A DNA stretch of 64,000 bases, taken from positions 47,833 to 111,832 of IMG/VR virus record IMGVR_UViG_3300037245_000888; one strand, given 5' to 3'. Below the pieces are notes generated by a model that searched no databases, was not told the origin of the DNA, and saw only the letters and a list, made by a program, of their open reading frames with translations. A program made the translations under genes and the position numbers. The DNA is from a virus. Every line of letters starts with the position of its first letter. Positions within the stretch are counted from its first letter, which is position 1. Below, piece by piece: positions 29,830 through 40,980 of this stretch.

Positions 29830-30144
29830 TTATTTTGCTTCTTTTATTGTTGCATCTGATAAACTGCCAGTCCACGAAACAATATATACCTCTTGATTCG
29901 CACTGAGAGTTTCCCATGTTTTATTTTTCATACTAATTGGTGTACTAGTTTGGTCACCATTCAGCCAAAGCGATGCAACGGAATTAGGGGCTATCGCAGG
30001 ACTACCAGTAACAACTTCTGCTACCCAAGTCCTTGGTACTCTCTTCATCCTAGCATTAACTACTTTAGTGGCTATATCAGATATTAAATTTATTAATTTG
30101 TTTGCGCCACTATTACTATCATTTTTACTTTTGTTTAATATCAT
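29830..30144 (-). CDS. small baseplate/tail protein
   Basis: Position in the tail operon; GGAGG RBS. Confidence 0.5.
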   Translation of the reverse strand: MILNKSKNDSNSGANKLINLISDIATKVVNARMKRVPRTWVAEVVTGSPAIAPNSVASLWLNGDQTSTPISMKNKTWETLSANQEVYIVSWTGSLSDATIKEAK

Positions 30145-30174
30145 ATTAGCCTCCTAAGTTTTGTAGTAAACTTG

Positions 30175-31308
30175 TTATAAGTCAATATCGAATGTGTCAA
30201 CAACTGTTAGTGACATTGGACTGTTTGTGAGTGGCATCGTAATTCTATCTAATAAAATCCTTTTACCATTCGCATCCTGTCTTGAGTCTGTAGCTGTCAC
30301 AACGTGATCTACATCTAAGTGAGGTAAAATCATAGATGTGATATTACCTTGAGTTAGAACATTAGTTTTTCTTTTTAGTTCGTAAATACCTCTTTGCTCA
30401 CAAAGGGCAACTGAATATATAATGCTATCTTTGACTATTTCTAATATTTCTATACCTAAATTTCCAATACTTGTATCAGAAAGTAGGTCGTTATTTTGAA
30501 CATTTTTTCTAACTGTAACTCCTGAAATATTATCACCAATTACAGTTATAGAATTCACAACTTCATCTAAATTATATTGAGTATTTCCAGATACATAATT
30601 TGTTTCATCTTCAGAATCAGCGTCAAAGTCCCAAATCGATCCCTTCGAGGAGTCCTTAGAATCTTTTTCAAAAACAAGACTGCCTCCAGTATTATAGTAT
30701 ACATTGCATGAAAATGCTTGTGCAAGTTCAATTAAAATCTCTCCAAGATTTGAACCTTCCTCTTTTACAATCTGATAAGGTATATTCTCTGAATCAATAG
30801 TTGTATCTATTATAACATCACGAGGATCTTGTGATATTGACATCACTGTTCTAATTGCTGTTCCAAGTGTCGTTGATGATGGGATTACTAACGTAAAGTC
30901 AATTTTGCCAGCCAAGCTACCATTGAGCAATGAGAACTTATCTTGCATTGAAACTTTAACTGAATTGTCTGGATTCACGACTGGTTTGTCATAGACAAAC
31001 GTGCCCTGTTTTATGAAATATTCCTCTCCATTTATCAGGTAACCGAGTGATAATCTACCCTTTTGTGCCACCCATATTCCAGAATCTAAACTAGGGAAGA
31101 ATTCATTCAATGTATTATCAAACGAAATGTCCAAAGTTCTCCTAACTCCATTACCATTAGATATATTTAAACTTCCTTCTAATCTTAATTTTGAAGTAAT
31201 TTCTCTTAAAGGAGTTTCATCTTCTTTTCTCAACATTTCAAACTTTACAAGGGGTTGTCTTATTCTGTTGTTTTTTACAAAGTCTAAATAATCTTGAAAA
31301 CTAATCAT
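30175..31308 (-). CDS. baseplate hub / Tal-like tail protein
   Basis: VRRTLDI, QDKFSLL-G, YYNTGG-LVF and LPHLDV pattern of hub proteins; position in the tail operon. Confidence 0.6.
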   Translation of the reverse strand: MISFQDYLDFVKNNRIRQPLVKFEMLRKEDETPLREITSKLRLEGSLNISNGNGVRRTLDISFDNTLNEFFPSLDSGIWVAQKGRLSLGYLINGEEYFIKQGTFVYDKPVVNPDNSVKVSMQDKFSLLNGSLAGKIDFTLVIPSSTTLGTAIRTVMSISQDPRDVIIDTTIDSENIPYQIVKEEGSNLGEILIELAQAFSCNVYYNTGGSLVFEKDSKDSSKGSIWDFDADSEDETNYVSGNTQYNLDEVVNSITVIGDNISGVTVRKNVQNNDLLSDTSIGNLGIEILEIVKDSIIYSVALCEQRGIYELKRKTNVLTQGNITSMILPHLDVDHVVTATDSRQDANGKRILLDRITMPLTNSPMSLTVVDTFDIDL

Positions 31309-32461
31309 TTGAGATTACCTCCTTTATTACTTTTTCTAGGTCTGGGATATCATAAAAACATTCAGTATATCCAGCAAATTTTATTTTTGGTGTTGACTTA
31401 AAATCGTTGTACGCTCTTAGCAAGTGACGTTCTAGATCCCACATTAAAGCTCCATTCTGAGATTCAATAATCCTTACTTCTTTATAAAAATATGGCAAAC
31501 TTTTAGTTTTTATTTTATTGCTATGATATCTTGCTTTTATTGTAGTATGAGTTTTACCTATTTTATAAAAGGTTTCTCCAGTCAACTCATCATAACATTT
31601 TATTATATAAACTTTAAATGTTTTGCTTTCATTAGATTTTTCTTTTCCTCTTATCCATTTTGTTTTTGTCCACCCTGTATTTTCCAGTGCACATCTAGGG
31701 CATCCATATCCGCTGTATAAATCTTGGTAAGTAGGATTCCATTCATGTCCGCATATGTCACATTCACAATCTAGTTTAGAGTAGGCGTTGATATATTCTT
31801 TTGATTTTATTATTATTGTAGGAGATGTTTTATAAATAGTGTCTTTAACTTCTTTTAGTGTAAGATTCAATGTTCCAGCACACTTTCTGCACCCGTGCCC
31901 AGCTTTTAATGAACGGGCTACAGTCACCCAAACATGTCCATCAATTAGACATTTTACTTCAAACCCATTTCTACCATCAGTGGTTCTTGCTACCCTTAAA
32001 ATTTCAATACCATTGTTAATTAATAGCATATCTCGCCTAATGTCATCTATGTTTACTGGTAGATTTCCAGCGCAACTCGGACAGCCGGCACCAGATTTTA
32101 ACGTATCCCATATTGGATTCCAATCATAATTACATATTAAGCACGTGCAATCCAATGGCTTATCTGAACCCATGTATTCTTTTGAGTTTATTTTGATAGT
32201 TGAGCTTATATTTTTTAATTCTTCTTTTATTCCTTTTAACGTTCTTCTAGCATTTAATCCACCTTGTTTTTGTCCACACAATTGACATCCAGCCCCTTGT
32301 TGAAACCTATTCCATCTTTGCTTAAATGGCTTATTGCATATTTTACAAAAACAATCTAGATCTTTTATCGCTCCAATATATTCTTTAGACAAAACAGATA
32401 CACTTGGAAAATGTATAGCAAGATATGCCACTATTTCTTCTAAAGTTTTCTTTCTCGCCAT
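31301..32461 (-). CDS. free-standing homing-endonuclease-like protein (Zn-ribbon repeats + GIY-YIG/T5orf172-like domain)
   Basis: Four C-x-IC...W...GCPxC repeats. C-terminal VYIIKC...FYKIGKT...R...LE...GYTECF. Confidence 0.75.
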   Translation of the reverse strand: MARKKTLEEIVAYLAIHFPSVSVLSKEYIGAIKDLDCFCKICNKPFKQRWNRFQQGAGCQLCGQKQGGLNARRTLKGIKEELKNISSTIKINSKEYMGSDKPLDCTCLICNYDWNPIWDTLKSGAGCPSCAGNLPVNIDDIRRDMLLINNGIEILRVARTTDGRNGFEVKCLIDGHVWVTVARSLKAGHGCRKCAGTLNLTLKEVKDTIYKTSPTIIIKSKEYINAYSKLDCECDICGHEWNPTYQDLYSGYGCPRCALENTGWTKTKWIRGKEKSNESKTFKVYIIKCYDELTGETFYKIGKTHTTIKARYHSNKIKTKSLPYFYKEVRIIESQNGALMWDLERHLLRAYNDFKSTPKIKFAGYTECFYDIPDLEKVIKEVISND

Positions 32462-32470
32462 ACACTCCTC

Positions 32471-33337
32471 CTATATTTCATTTATTTCTCTCCACTCAAA
32501 ATTAATAATCCAAACACTTGAATTACCATTAATGTTTCCATTCTTTTTAGTAAGAGATACATTTGATGTTATTACACGGTACATATACCCATTCGTAAAT
32601 TTAAGTATCTTTTCTTCTCCATTTAATAAGAAGGCTTCAAATTGTTTCATATATTGGAAGTCTTGTTCAAACTCCAACTCTGTAACAGAATTAGAATTAG
32701 CAATGAACCCCATTGATCCAACGTGCACTTCTTTTTCACCGATTAAAGCTGTTTGGAATTTTGACCTAACATCATTAAAAGTAATATCTTGTTCAATATT
32801 TGTTTCTGATAATCTTAAATCTAAGCAGAAAGAATATCCATTTTCAGACTTATCATCGAGCAGAATTATTTTGTTAAATTGTGTTAAAACTTCATTACTC
32901 TCCATCGGCTGGCCTAAAAAATCGCCAGTTTTAGGGATGAACTGAAAAACATATTGACTATTGCTGTTTGCAAGTCTGTCTATATATTCTAAATCAATTG
33001 CTTCTAATTCATCTACCTTAGTAAATTTAGCATCATTTATTTCTTTTCTTAAAACAATCCAGCCATCTATTGGGGCTGGTAGGCTAGTAACATTCCCACC
33101 TTGTAAATTATTATTAAATTGAGCTAGCAAAAATGTTAAAACTCCATACTCTCTTATTTCTGTAAAACTCAAATCATCTATTTGTTGTTGCGTCATTATT
33201 TCATGTGTACCTTCTAAATCATCAAAAATAGCATTTCCGAATAGTTTGATGTTAGTATAAATACCAGCGATCGGAGTCTGCGGTATTGCTTGAAAAACAT
33301 TGTTAAAATTGAAATTTGAAAGATTAAAAATTGCCAA
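32471..33337 (-). CDS. tail/baseplate protein
   Basis: Late-operon position after the tape measure gene; TTG start. Confidence 0.55.
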   Translation of the reverse strand: MAIFNLSNFNFNNVFQAIPQTPIAGIYTNIKLFGNAIFDDLEGTHEIMTQQQIDDLSFTEIREYGVLTFLLAQFNNNLQGGNVTSLPAPIDGWIVLRKEINDAKFTKVDELEAIDLEYIDRLANSNSQYVFQFIPKTGDFLGQPMESNEVLTQFNKIILLDDKSENGYSFCLDLRLSETNIEQDITFNDVRSKFQTALIGEKEVHVGSMGFIANSNSVTELEFEQDFQYMKQFEAFLLNGEEKILKFTNGYMYRVITSNVSLTKKNGNINGNSSVWIINFEWREINEI

Positions 33338-33352
33338 AATACATACTCCTTT

Positions 33353-34396
33353 CTAAATCGCTTGATATACTACTTCTACTTTTGTAGGTAGTAACACTAT
33401 ATAAAATACCCTATCTGTTAAACTTATTGGTACACCATAATTTGTAATTCCATTAATCGTCCATCCAAATCTTCCAGACACATAAAAAACTTCGTAGTCT
33501 CCATCATCCAACTGAACAATCTTACCTTCAAATAAATCACTATCAGGTTGCCATTTTACTTTTATAGTATCTGTTGTTAATATATCTACATCGAAACTTA
33601 CATAACTTAAACTATCATCTATACTTAAAGCAGTATTTCCAACATAAATAAAATCATTTACATAACTTATACTCCCACTACTTGTACCAATAATCTGTAC
33701 GACTTCTGGTCTAGTAACAGTAATTAAACTTGTATTATTATCTACAACTGCTTCTGGAACCAAATCAATATCTGGTTCAGCATATGCAACGTTAAATGCA
33801 ACGAGTCCACTATCGAAGGTACTTCCACCTGTGGTTGTTCCAAATACTCTAATTTGTAAACTATCACCATTGGTAAATCCTTCAAATGTATATTTAATAT
33901 TAAAATTAGTAACTAATCCACTATCTTCAATTAATTCACTCAAAGCATCATATAATTCAAAAGTATAATTATTTACTATATCTCCTTCAGCTTGAGCTAC
34001 TGTTGCAGTAAACTCATATGATTGAGTTGTTATTGTTGCTGGAGGATTAAATGTTAATACAGGAGTTGTCTTAGCTGAAAATTGAAATTCTCTAGTTGTG
34101 ACTTCTTCTGCTGTATTCCATACTGTCATTTTCCATTTGTAGCTATCTATTCCAGTGTTTGGTATTGTACCACCAATTAGCTCATGAATAAGTAACTCCC
34201 CATCGGCTAAGTTTGGTGATAAAGGTAATTTAGTTGTATCATGCATTGGTGTATTATCTGATACCTTGAAAAATTCAATCTGGTAATCAGTAAACTTAAC
34301 ACCATCCATAGTAGCTGTTATATCTTGATTTAAATTTAAATCTCTAACCTCATTACGAGGTGAGGGATTTTGTGGCGTAAATATTGTTGAGGGCAT
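33353..34396 (-). CDS. tail protein with Ig/FN3-like domains
   Basis: Beta-rich with YKWKMTVW and YTFELYD; directly after the tape measure gene. Confidence 0.55.
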   Translation of the reverse strand: MPSTIFTPQNPSPRNEVRDLNLNQDITATMDGVKFTDYQIEFFKVSDNTPMHDTTKLPLSPNLADGELLIHELIGGTIPNTGIDSYKWKMTVWNTAEEVTTREFQFSAKTTPVLTFNPPATITTQSYEFTATVAQAEGDIVNNYTFELYDALSELIEDSGLVTNFNIKYTFEGFTNGDSLQIRVFGTTTGGSTFDSGLVAFNVAYAEPDIDLVPEAVVDNNTSLITVTRPEVVQIIGTSSGSISYVNDFIYVGNTALSIDDSLSYVSFDVDILTTDTIKVKWQPDSDLFEGKIVQLDDGDYEVFYVSGRFGWTINGITNYGVPISLTDRVFYIVLLPTKVEVVYQAI

Positions 34397-34409
34397 CTAA
34401 CCTCACCTC

Positions 34410-37400
34410 CTAAAATTGTTGTAATTTAGATTGACCAGTTGCATTATCTATTAGTCTTTCTAATGAGTCTTCGTTAGTTTGTACATTCATTGTATTAACT
34501 GTTGTTGTGCTTGTTGTAGTATCTCCACTACCTCCAACAGTTGCTCTATCTCCAATAGTAGTTGATGATTCAGTTGAACCACTTCTAATCGGAATAATTG
34601 GTTGGAATGTATTTCTTTGAATAGATTCTTCAACAGCTTTTATCTGATCTTCAAGAACTTCTACTTCTGCTTTCTGCACATTTAAAGTAGCTATCTTAGA
34701 ATTGTAATCAGAAATAAATCCATCTAAATTTGTAAGTCTACTTGTGTAAGATGTACTCTCAACTGTTTCCAATGTATCATTCAAAGTAGTTACTGATTCA
34801 ATTGTGATAATATCCCCAGCTTCTATCTTTTCAGATATATCATTTTGGAATGACTCTAATTCGCCAACTCTAGTATTATAAGATTCCTCTTCTATTCTAG
34901 CAGTTTCATTTAAAGCATCAATATCATTTTGTAGTTTGTCTTCTGCTGCTTGCATTGCTTGATCATTTCTAAAATCTAATATAACCTTTTCAGAATCAGC
35001 TATGTCTTTGTTTACGTCTTTTAATGCGTCAGTATCAACTACTTGAACGAATCCAACTTCAGCATCTTTAACTAGTCTTTTGTTCTTGTTTGCTAATATA
35101 TTAGATCTACGATCTTTAAGGTCTTGTAAATCAGATAATAAATCTTCTAATTTTACTTTATCTTTTAATGCATCATTGGCTTCTTTAAGAGCCTCTAGTT
35201 CAGCTTCTTTATCTCTTATAGCTGCGTCAGATGCTTTCTTAGTTGCTTTAAAGTTTTCTTCTTCTAAGTCAATTTTATCCTGTATAACACCATTAAGTAT
35301 TTCACCTAATTTAATTAACTCTTCCTCAGATTGCTCTACACCTAAATTAAGTCCATCTTTAACTATTTGATTAGTAGCATCAACTAAACCGAAAATACTA
35401 TTTGTTGTGTCTTCAATAGCTAAACTTAATCTGAAAGCTTCATCTATATAGGCATCATACTCTTTAGTTCCGGCTACAAGGGACTTAGCTTCTTCATCTA
35501 ATGCTAACTGTTGTTCAAGCAATAAGTCTCTTTGTTGAGCGTATAACGTGGTTAAACGACCATTTATAGCAATCCTATTATCCAAGTCAGTTGTTCTACT
35601 TAATAGTTTGTTTTGCTGATCAATTGCGAATTTGTTCTTATTTAATGAAAGTGTTAACTTGTCAACAGCTTCATATTCTTCCTTAGTTTTCTTCTCACGA
35701 GATTTCTTAATAGATTCTTCACGAGCTTTATCAACAGACTCTATTTGCCTTCTTTCATTTGCTAATAATACTAAATTGTTCTCAGCGTCTTTTATAGCTT
35801 TATTGGCCTGAGTAAGTAGAGTATTTTCACCTTGACCTTCACTTAAGAAGTCAATAGCTTTTCTAGAAGCAATAATTACTTTAGCTGTATTAATTTCAGC
35901 TTGAGCTAAGGTTTCTAATCTCTCTATTTCTTTCAGAGTATTTAATCTATTTTTTTCAACATATTCAGTGAATGCATCTTTAGCTAATCCAGTTTGTATA
36001 ATTGAAGCACCATAAGTTTCTATGAGAGCATCTAACATATCATCTGTTAAGAATCCATCTATTGTTAATTGTTCTAATGCATCAGATAAATTTTCATATT
36101 CCTCAGATGAATCAAGAGCACGCCTAACATCATTTAATGCTTGTTCTTGTTTTGTTAATGCAAATGTTTGAGCTTCTATGTCTTCAGTTGTTTTTAATAA
36201 TGCAAATCCATAACCTTGAGTATATTCTTTTTCAATTGCAATCAAGGCTTCTTCTATGATTAATAGACTTGCTTCATTGTCTTTATATAAAGCTGTTCCT
36301 TCTTGAAGGATATCAAGAGATTTTAATAACTCTAATTGATAACTTTTTAATGCTGTCTCTTGTTCTTTTAATGCTTCTTCATTATCCTTTAAACCTTTTA
36401 TTCTTTTGTTATCTTCTGTTGATCCAGTAAAGAATAAATCTTGATGAAGTGTTATATTTTCTTCAATAGCATCTCTAATTCTTTCATAAGATTCAGCTAT
36501 TTTATCATTACGATCACTAGAAGCATTCTCCTCTTCAATTCTCAAGAGTTCTTTTTCAGCTTCTATTGTCTTTAATAAAATTTGTAATCTATTTTCTTGT
36601 GCTTTAGTTCTTTCTTTGATTCCTCTTAAATCTAATAATTCACTATTCATAGATTTAATATTGTCTCTAAGTTCAGCAATTTTTATAGCTGACTCTTCTG
36701 ATGAATCTCCAAATAACTTAACCCCTTGACTGATAGCAGCAATAGTTAATGCTATACCAGCGAATATTGGATTTAAACCAAATGCAGCAATACTTAATGC
36801 AGTAACTAATCCAATAGCTATTGGTAATTTATTGATTAAGAATGTTAATCCAACAACAAATCCTTTTAATGCATCAACAATACCTTTAACTGCAACACTA
36901 CTACTAAGAGCAGTAAGTAATTGTCCCCATGCTTCTTTAAGTTGATTTGTTTTGCCTTTTAAACTATCTAAAAACTTTTCATTAGCTTCAGCAACTTCAC
37001 CTGTACTATTTAATGCATCTTTCAATGCAGATTCAGCAACATCAAAGTTTTCAAGTAAACCAATTAAAATATTCTTTTGTCGTTTACCCGCTAATTTTTC
37101 AAGTAATGATTCTCTTGTTAATTCATCTAAACCTTTATATATATCTGAGAAGTCTTGGAACACATCAAATATATTTCTGAATGATCCATCTGCTTCTTGT
37201 ATTTCAATTCCAACTCTAGCAAAGTCATCAGCTAATGAAGGTAATAGTTCACCAGCATCAGTAACTCCTCTTAATCGAGAGGCTATTGTTTTAAGAGCCG
37301 TACCAACTTTGGCAGGATCTTGGATTGATTCATTTGCAGAAGCTATTAATGCAGCAGATTGTTCTAATGATGCACCAGCAGTATTTAATGTATTTGCTGA

Positions 37401-38093
37401 TCTTAAGAATGCTTCACCAATACCTTCAAGATTGATTGCAGTAGTATTTGCTACTCTGAATAATACATCTAAAATTCTAGCTGAGTCTTCTGCTTCAAGT
37501 CGAAATGACTTCAGACCTGCGACTAGGAAAGTCGTAATCTTAGATAAGTCAGTCATACCAACGTTTGCAGCGGCTATGGCATTACCAGCTAGTGTCATTG
37601 ATTCCTGTATTGAGAAACCAGCTCTTGTAAACTCTGTAACGGCATCAATAACATCTTTCTTTAATGCTCCGAGTCCTAATGACATTTCATTTATTTGTGA
37701 ATTTACAACTGCTAATTCTGTGGCTGTTGCCTTAGATACAATTGCAAAGTTTGTAAAAGCTATATCTAGTTCGAACATTAATCCTAATGCTGATCTTATG
37801 GTTTTAGCTAAAGTAGCAATTACTAATGAAGCAACTCCAAGAGTCAACATTGATTTTATATTCTTTTTAAAGCTATTTGTTAATTGATTAAATAAACCAA
37901 TTTGTTTTTTAGTTTGTTTGTTCGATGTTGCTTGTCCTTTGTTAAATTTACCCTGTGTTTTAGTTTGCCTATCTATACTTTCTTTAAAGCTTTTCTCATA
38001 GCCCTTCTGCAGAGCGACTGCCTCTTTCTGACTTTTCCGTTGGTCATAAACTACAGCCACTTTTAAAACGAGTTTATTAACTTTTGCTGCCAT
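34410..38093 (-). CDS. tail tape measure protein (TP901 family)
   Basis: 1227 aa, helical; VGTALKTIASRL, FRNIFDVF and LAGKRQKN core; TM segments. Confidence 0.9.
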   Translation of the reverse strand: MAAKVNKLVLKVAVVYDQRKSQKEAVALQKGYEKSFKESIDRQTKTQGKFNKGQATSNKQTKKQIGLFNQLTNSFKKNIKSMLTLGVASLVIATLAKTIRSALGLMFELDIAFTNFAIVSKATATELAVVNSQINEMSLGLGALKKDVIDAVTEFTRAGFSIQESMTLAGNAIAAANVGMTDLSKITTFLVAGLKSFRLEAEDSARILDVLFRVANTTAINLEGIGEAFLRSANTLNTAGASLEQSAALIASANESIQDPAKVGTALKTIASRLRGVTDAGELLPSLADDFARVGIEIQEADGSFRNIFDVFQDFSDIYKGLDELTRESLLEKLAGKRQKNILIGLLENFDVAESALKDALNSTGEVAEANEKFLDSLKGKTNQLKEAWGQLLTALSSSVAVKGIVDALKGFVVGLTFLINKLPIAIGLVTALSIAAFGLNPIFAGIALTIAAISQGVKLFGDSSEESAIKIAELRDNIKSMNSELLDLRGIKERTKAQENRLQILLKTIEAEKELLRIEEENASSDRNDKIAESYERIRDAIEENITLHQDLFFTGSTEDNKRIKGLKDNEEALKEQETALKSYQLELLKSLDILQEGTALYKDNEASLLIIEEALIAIEKEYTQGYGFALLKTTEDIEAQTFALTKQEQALNDVRRALDSSEEYENLSDALEQLTIDGFLTDDMLDALIETYGASIIQTGLAKDAFTEYVEKNRLNTLKEIERLETLAQAEINTAKVIIASRKAIDFLSEGQGENTLLTQANKAIKDAENNLVLLANERRQIESVDKAREESIKKSREKKTKEEYEAVDKLTLSLNKNKFAIDQQNKLLSRTTDLDNRIAINGRLTTLYAQQRDLLLEQQLALDEEAKSLVAGTKEYDAYIDEAFRLSLAIEDTTNSIFGLVDATNQIVKDGLNLGVEQSEEELIKLGEILNGVIQDKIDLEEENFKATKKASDAAIRDKEAELEALKEANDALKDKVKLEDLLSDLQDLKDRRSNILANKNKRLVKDAEVGFVQVVDTDALKDVNKDIADSEKVILDFRNDQAMQAAEDKLQNDIDALNETARIEEESYNTRVGELESFQNDISEKIEAGDIITIESVTTLNDTLETVESTSYTSRLTNLDGFISDYNSKIATLNVQKAEVEVLEDQIKAVEESIQRNTFQPIIPIRSGSTESSTTIGDRATVGGSGDTTTSTTTVNTMNVQTNEDSLERLIDNATGQSKLQQF

Positions 38094-38119
38094 CGATTGT
38101 CACTTCCTTTCTATTTTAA

Positions 38120-38605
38120 TTACGAACGAAGTCTAGAAATGACGTATCCAAGACTTTTTAGTTTATTAGTTATTCTCTTTTTAAGTGTATTATTTTTCGT
38201 AAGATCATTCTGAGCTTTTTCTATAAAATCTCTTGCCTCATAAGTAATAGCATTTCCTTTAAAGAATCCTTCGTGGCCTTGATCTAACAACTCAACAATT
38301 TTATCTGTTACATCTTCACTGCCATAATAAGATTCATATTTACCTTTTGGTTTTATTCCAGTCTCTACTAGGTTTCCATTTATTCCAAGTTTGGTATCAG
38401 TTGCTATTGCAGCGTCTCTAAGACCAAATGTGTTTTCATAAAAGTCATCGTCTCCATTTAATAATGAATTTTCATATACTTCCGACTCAACTCTTTCGTT
38501 TAGTTTTTCTTTTGATACTATTTTAATAATTGGCACTATCTCTTTGTCTATAGTGACACCTCTTATATATGCATCAAGTTGATTTATTGTTCCAAACTCA
38601 GGCAT
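38120..38605 (-). CDS. tail-associated hypothetical protein
   Basis: Position upstream of the tape measure gene. Confidence 0.5.
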   Translation of the reverse strand: MPEFGTINQLDAYIRGVTIDKEIVPIIKIVSKEKLNERVESEVYENSLLNGDDDFYENTFGLRDAAIATDTKLGINGNLVETGIKPKGKYESYYGSEDVTDKIVELLDQGHEGFFKGNAITYEARDFIEKAQNDLTKNNTLKKRITNKLKSLGYVISRLRS

Positions 38606-38629
38606 TTGAGTCTCCTTTCGTATTATATA

Positions 38630-39196
38630 TTACTCACCTAATAAATTATTCATAACGATTTCTTCTAGTTGTTTTACATATTTTATTTCACATAAGTCAT
38701 CAAATACTTCTGTTATAATATCTTCTGTATGTTCAATCATTTTATCCATCTTATCATTACCAATATTCAATAAATTTGTCTTATCATTACCCATTTTAAA
38801 TCTAAATTGTGATAATCTAAAATTAGTAATTGCTTCTAACATTTCTGTAAATTCAATTCTAAATTCATCAGATGAGAAGTCAGGTGTAATTACACTAATT
38901 TCTTCATCATTGGTTTTAAACTTAACATGTTTATTTACTATCTGAGCTATTTTTAAATATGAAAGATTATCTCTATCTAATTCTTTTGTTTCAGAGTCTA
39001 ATTTCAATTCATACAATTTAATAGTTATATTCTTAATTAATTTTATTTCTTCTCTTACTTCTAAATCTTTATTCGAAAACATATCTTCAATTACTTCTTT
39101 TGCTGCTTCTTTAGTAATTTTACCAAAGTAATAAACAATTGCAATTACAATAATTGATGCCATTGTTATTAATATTATCATTAATTCTTTACTCAT
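38630..39196 (-). CDS. hypothetical protein with N-terminal TM helix
   Basis: Hydrophobic residues 5-24; AAGGAG RBS. Confidence 0.55.
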   Translation of the reverse strand: MSKELMIILITMASIIVIAIVYYFGKITKEAAKEVIEDMFSNKDLEVREEIKLIKNITIKLYELKLDSETKELDRDNLSYLKIAQIVNKHVKFKTNDEEISVITPDFSSDEFRIEFTEMLEAITNFRLSQFRFKMGNDKTNLLNIGNDKMDKMIEHTEDIITEVFDDLCEIKYVKQLEEIVMNNLLGE

Positions 39197-39255
39197 AATA
39201 TTCTCCTTTTAATATCTCATTTAATAATCCGTTTAAAATCCATTTGTTAAAAATA

Positions 39256-39296
39256 TAAAAATGGGAAGAAAGATATATAATATCAATCTTCCCATT
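39256..39296 (-). terminator. intrinsic terminator after the major tail gene
   Basis: AATGGGAAGA/TCTTCCCATT inverted repeat with a U-tract on the - strand. Confidence 0.7.
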
Positions 39297-39321
39297 AATT
39301 GTTGGTTATAAATATTATAGA

Positions 39322-40053
39322 TTACGTTTCATCTACAACAATATATCTACCCATTACATTATTTTGTCCTGTTAATACTGTTACTTTAATTTCTGCGACT
39401 GAGTTAGTAGCACCAGCTAAAGCTAATGACAATCCACCATCACCTACAACTTTATCAAATGTAAAGTATAATGTAGATAGAATTATATTAGTGTCAGGAT
39501 CATATGCAATTGTTTCTAATGTAATACCATGTACTTGAGGGATATCAGTATCTTTGAAAGTTAATACATCACCTGTAACAGCTTTTTTATACGAAACTAC
39601 ACCTTTAGTACCAGCTAATACTGCTCCACCTGTAACCGTAACTGTACTACCTGCGAAAGTTGCTGGCCACATAGTACCCTGAGCATCCTGCACTTCAACC
39701 TCATCGTCAACAGGAGTTCCAGTAATTTCTGCTGTTGCATCTGCTGTTGACAATACGAATGTAACATCCTCATGAGTCCATACGTCTACTGATTGATCTA
39801 ATTCAAACGCTGTTCCCGATGCACTTTCAATAAAGAAATCATTCCAAAATGCTGGCGTAAGAGTTAATTCCATACTTGGATTTGTATACATGATTGCGCT
39901 GATGCCCCAACCAATACCACATCTAATTTCTTCTGTGTCAATTGTTTTTTCTAATCCTGCAGTAGCCATACAGCCAAAGAATCTTGTAGTTCCGTCTGCA
40001 AGATGATAATACACATTTGCTGTGTCTTTTACTAATACTCTAATATTAGGCAT
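39322..40053 (-). CDS. major tail tube protein (probable)
   Basis: 243 aa, T/A/V-rich, EEIRCG motif, followed by a terminator; position. Confidence 0.65.
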   Translation of the reverse strand: MPNIRVLVKDTANVYYHLADGTTRFFGCMATAGLEKTIDTEEIRCGIGWGISAIMYTNPSMELTLTPAFWNDFFIESASGTAFELDQSVDVWTHEDVTFVLSTADATAEITGTPVDDEVEVQDAQGTMWPATFAGSTVTVTGGAVLAGTKGVVSYKKAVTGDVLTFKDTDIPQVHGITLETIAYDPDTNIILSTLYFTFDKVVGDGGLSLALAGATNSVAEIKVTVLTGQNNVMGRYIVVDET

Positions 40054-40080
40054 TTATTTATTCCTCCATCTTTTACATTG

Positions 40081-40950
40081 TTATTTTTTAGGATTACTCT
40101 TTATATTTTTCATTCCCGTGGTGTCAAATTCGCCCTTAGAGGTTCTACCTCCATTTAAGAAAGCGTTACCCTTTTTAAGCTCATCGACACTACCATACTC
40201 CTTGTCTCCACCTTCAGTTACTCTAGAAGATTTAAACCAATCAACTATCTTAACACCATCTTTTGAATCAACTGTCTTAAATAAAATAGTTGTATCGTGA
40301 GCCTTGTTAAACTCAACTCTTTTAAAAGCCAAATAATATTGTCTAATTGTTAAATTATTAATATCACTTGGTAGATGTCCTCCACCTTCTTTCGTCATTA
40401 GAGTAGTAAATACAGTATCAAATTCTATAACCCCACCAGTTCTTGATGCTATGAAGGGTTTTATCCTATTGAACTGTTCTATTCTAGGATTTGGATTCTT
40501 TTCATGGTATTGTATATTGTTAAAATCTAGCATCATTCTTCTTAAGTTATCAAATTGTGATTGAGTCATTCTCCAAAACATTTTAGCATCGAATCCAATT
40601 ATAAATTTACTGAATGTTTGGACATATATTGTTCTCAAATTTCCTACATTATTTTTAACACAAGTTAAGAATGAATTATCTTTAAGAGTTTTAGCCATGT
40701 CAGCTCTCTTAACTTTATCATTCATTTCTTTGAGAACCATATTTATAACTTCCCAACCTTGAAGTTTAAGAAATTCAAACTCCATTGTATACTTAGGATA
40801 ATCCTTTATTTTTATTGGATTAATAAACCCAAAGTCTGTTTTCAAAGGAAAGCCTGTTATCCATAATTCAACTTGATAAGGAAGAACAAAGTCTTCAGGC
40901 TCTTTTTTGATTTCACCTTTTTTAATTTTAATAGTCTTTTTCAATTCCAT
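40081..40950 (-). CDS. SPbeta-like tail assembly protein
   Basis: Gene order; I-NLTIRQY motif. Confidence 0.45.
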   Translation of the reverse strand: MELKKTIKIKKGEIKKEPEDFVLPYQVELWITGFPLKTDFGFINPIKIKDYPKYTMEFEFLKLQGWEVINMVLKEMNDKVKRADMAKTLKDNSFLTCVKNNVGNLRTIYVQTFSKFIIGFDAKMFWRMTQSQFDNLRRMMLDFNNIQYHEKNPNPRIEQFNRIKPFIASRTGGVIEFDTVFTTLMTKEGGGHLPSDINNLTIRQYYLAFKRVEFNKAHDTTILFKTVDSKDGVKIVDWFKSSRVTEGGDKEYGSVDELKKGNAFLNGGRTSKGEFDTTGMKNIKSNPKK

Positions 40951-40980
40951 TTATATCAATCCTATCATTTTGCAATCATA

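Noticed and set aside
31301-32461. Group I intron around the endonuclease gene
   Set aside because: The flanking genes have their own starts and stops, leaving no room for an intron core; the same applies at 44176-45051.
32334-32945. 203-aa + strand ORF and other short antisense ORFs in the track
   Set aside because: They lie opposite well-supported genes and lack RBSs or motifs.
36952-37887. 311-aa + strand ORF
   Set aside because: Antisense shadow of the Ala/Leu-rich tape measure gene; no RBS or recognisable motifs.
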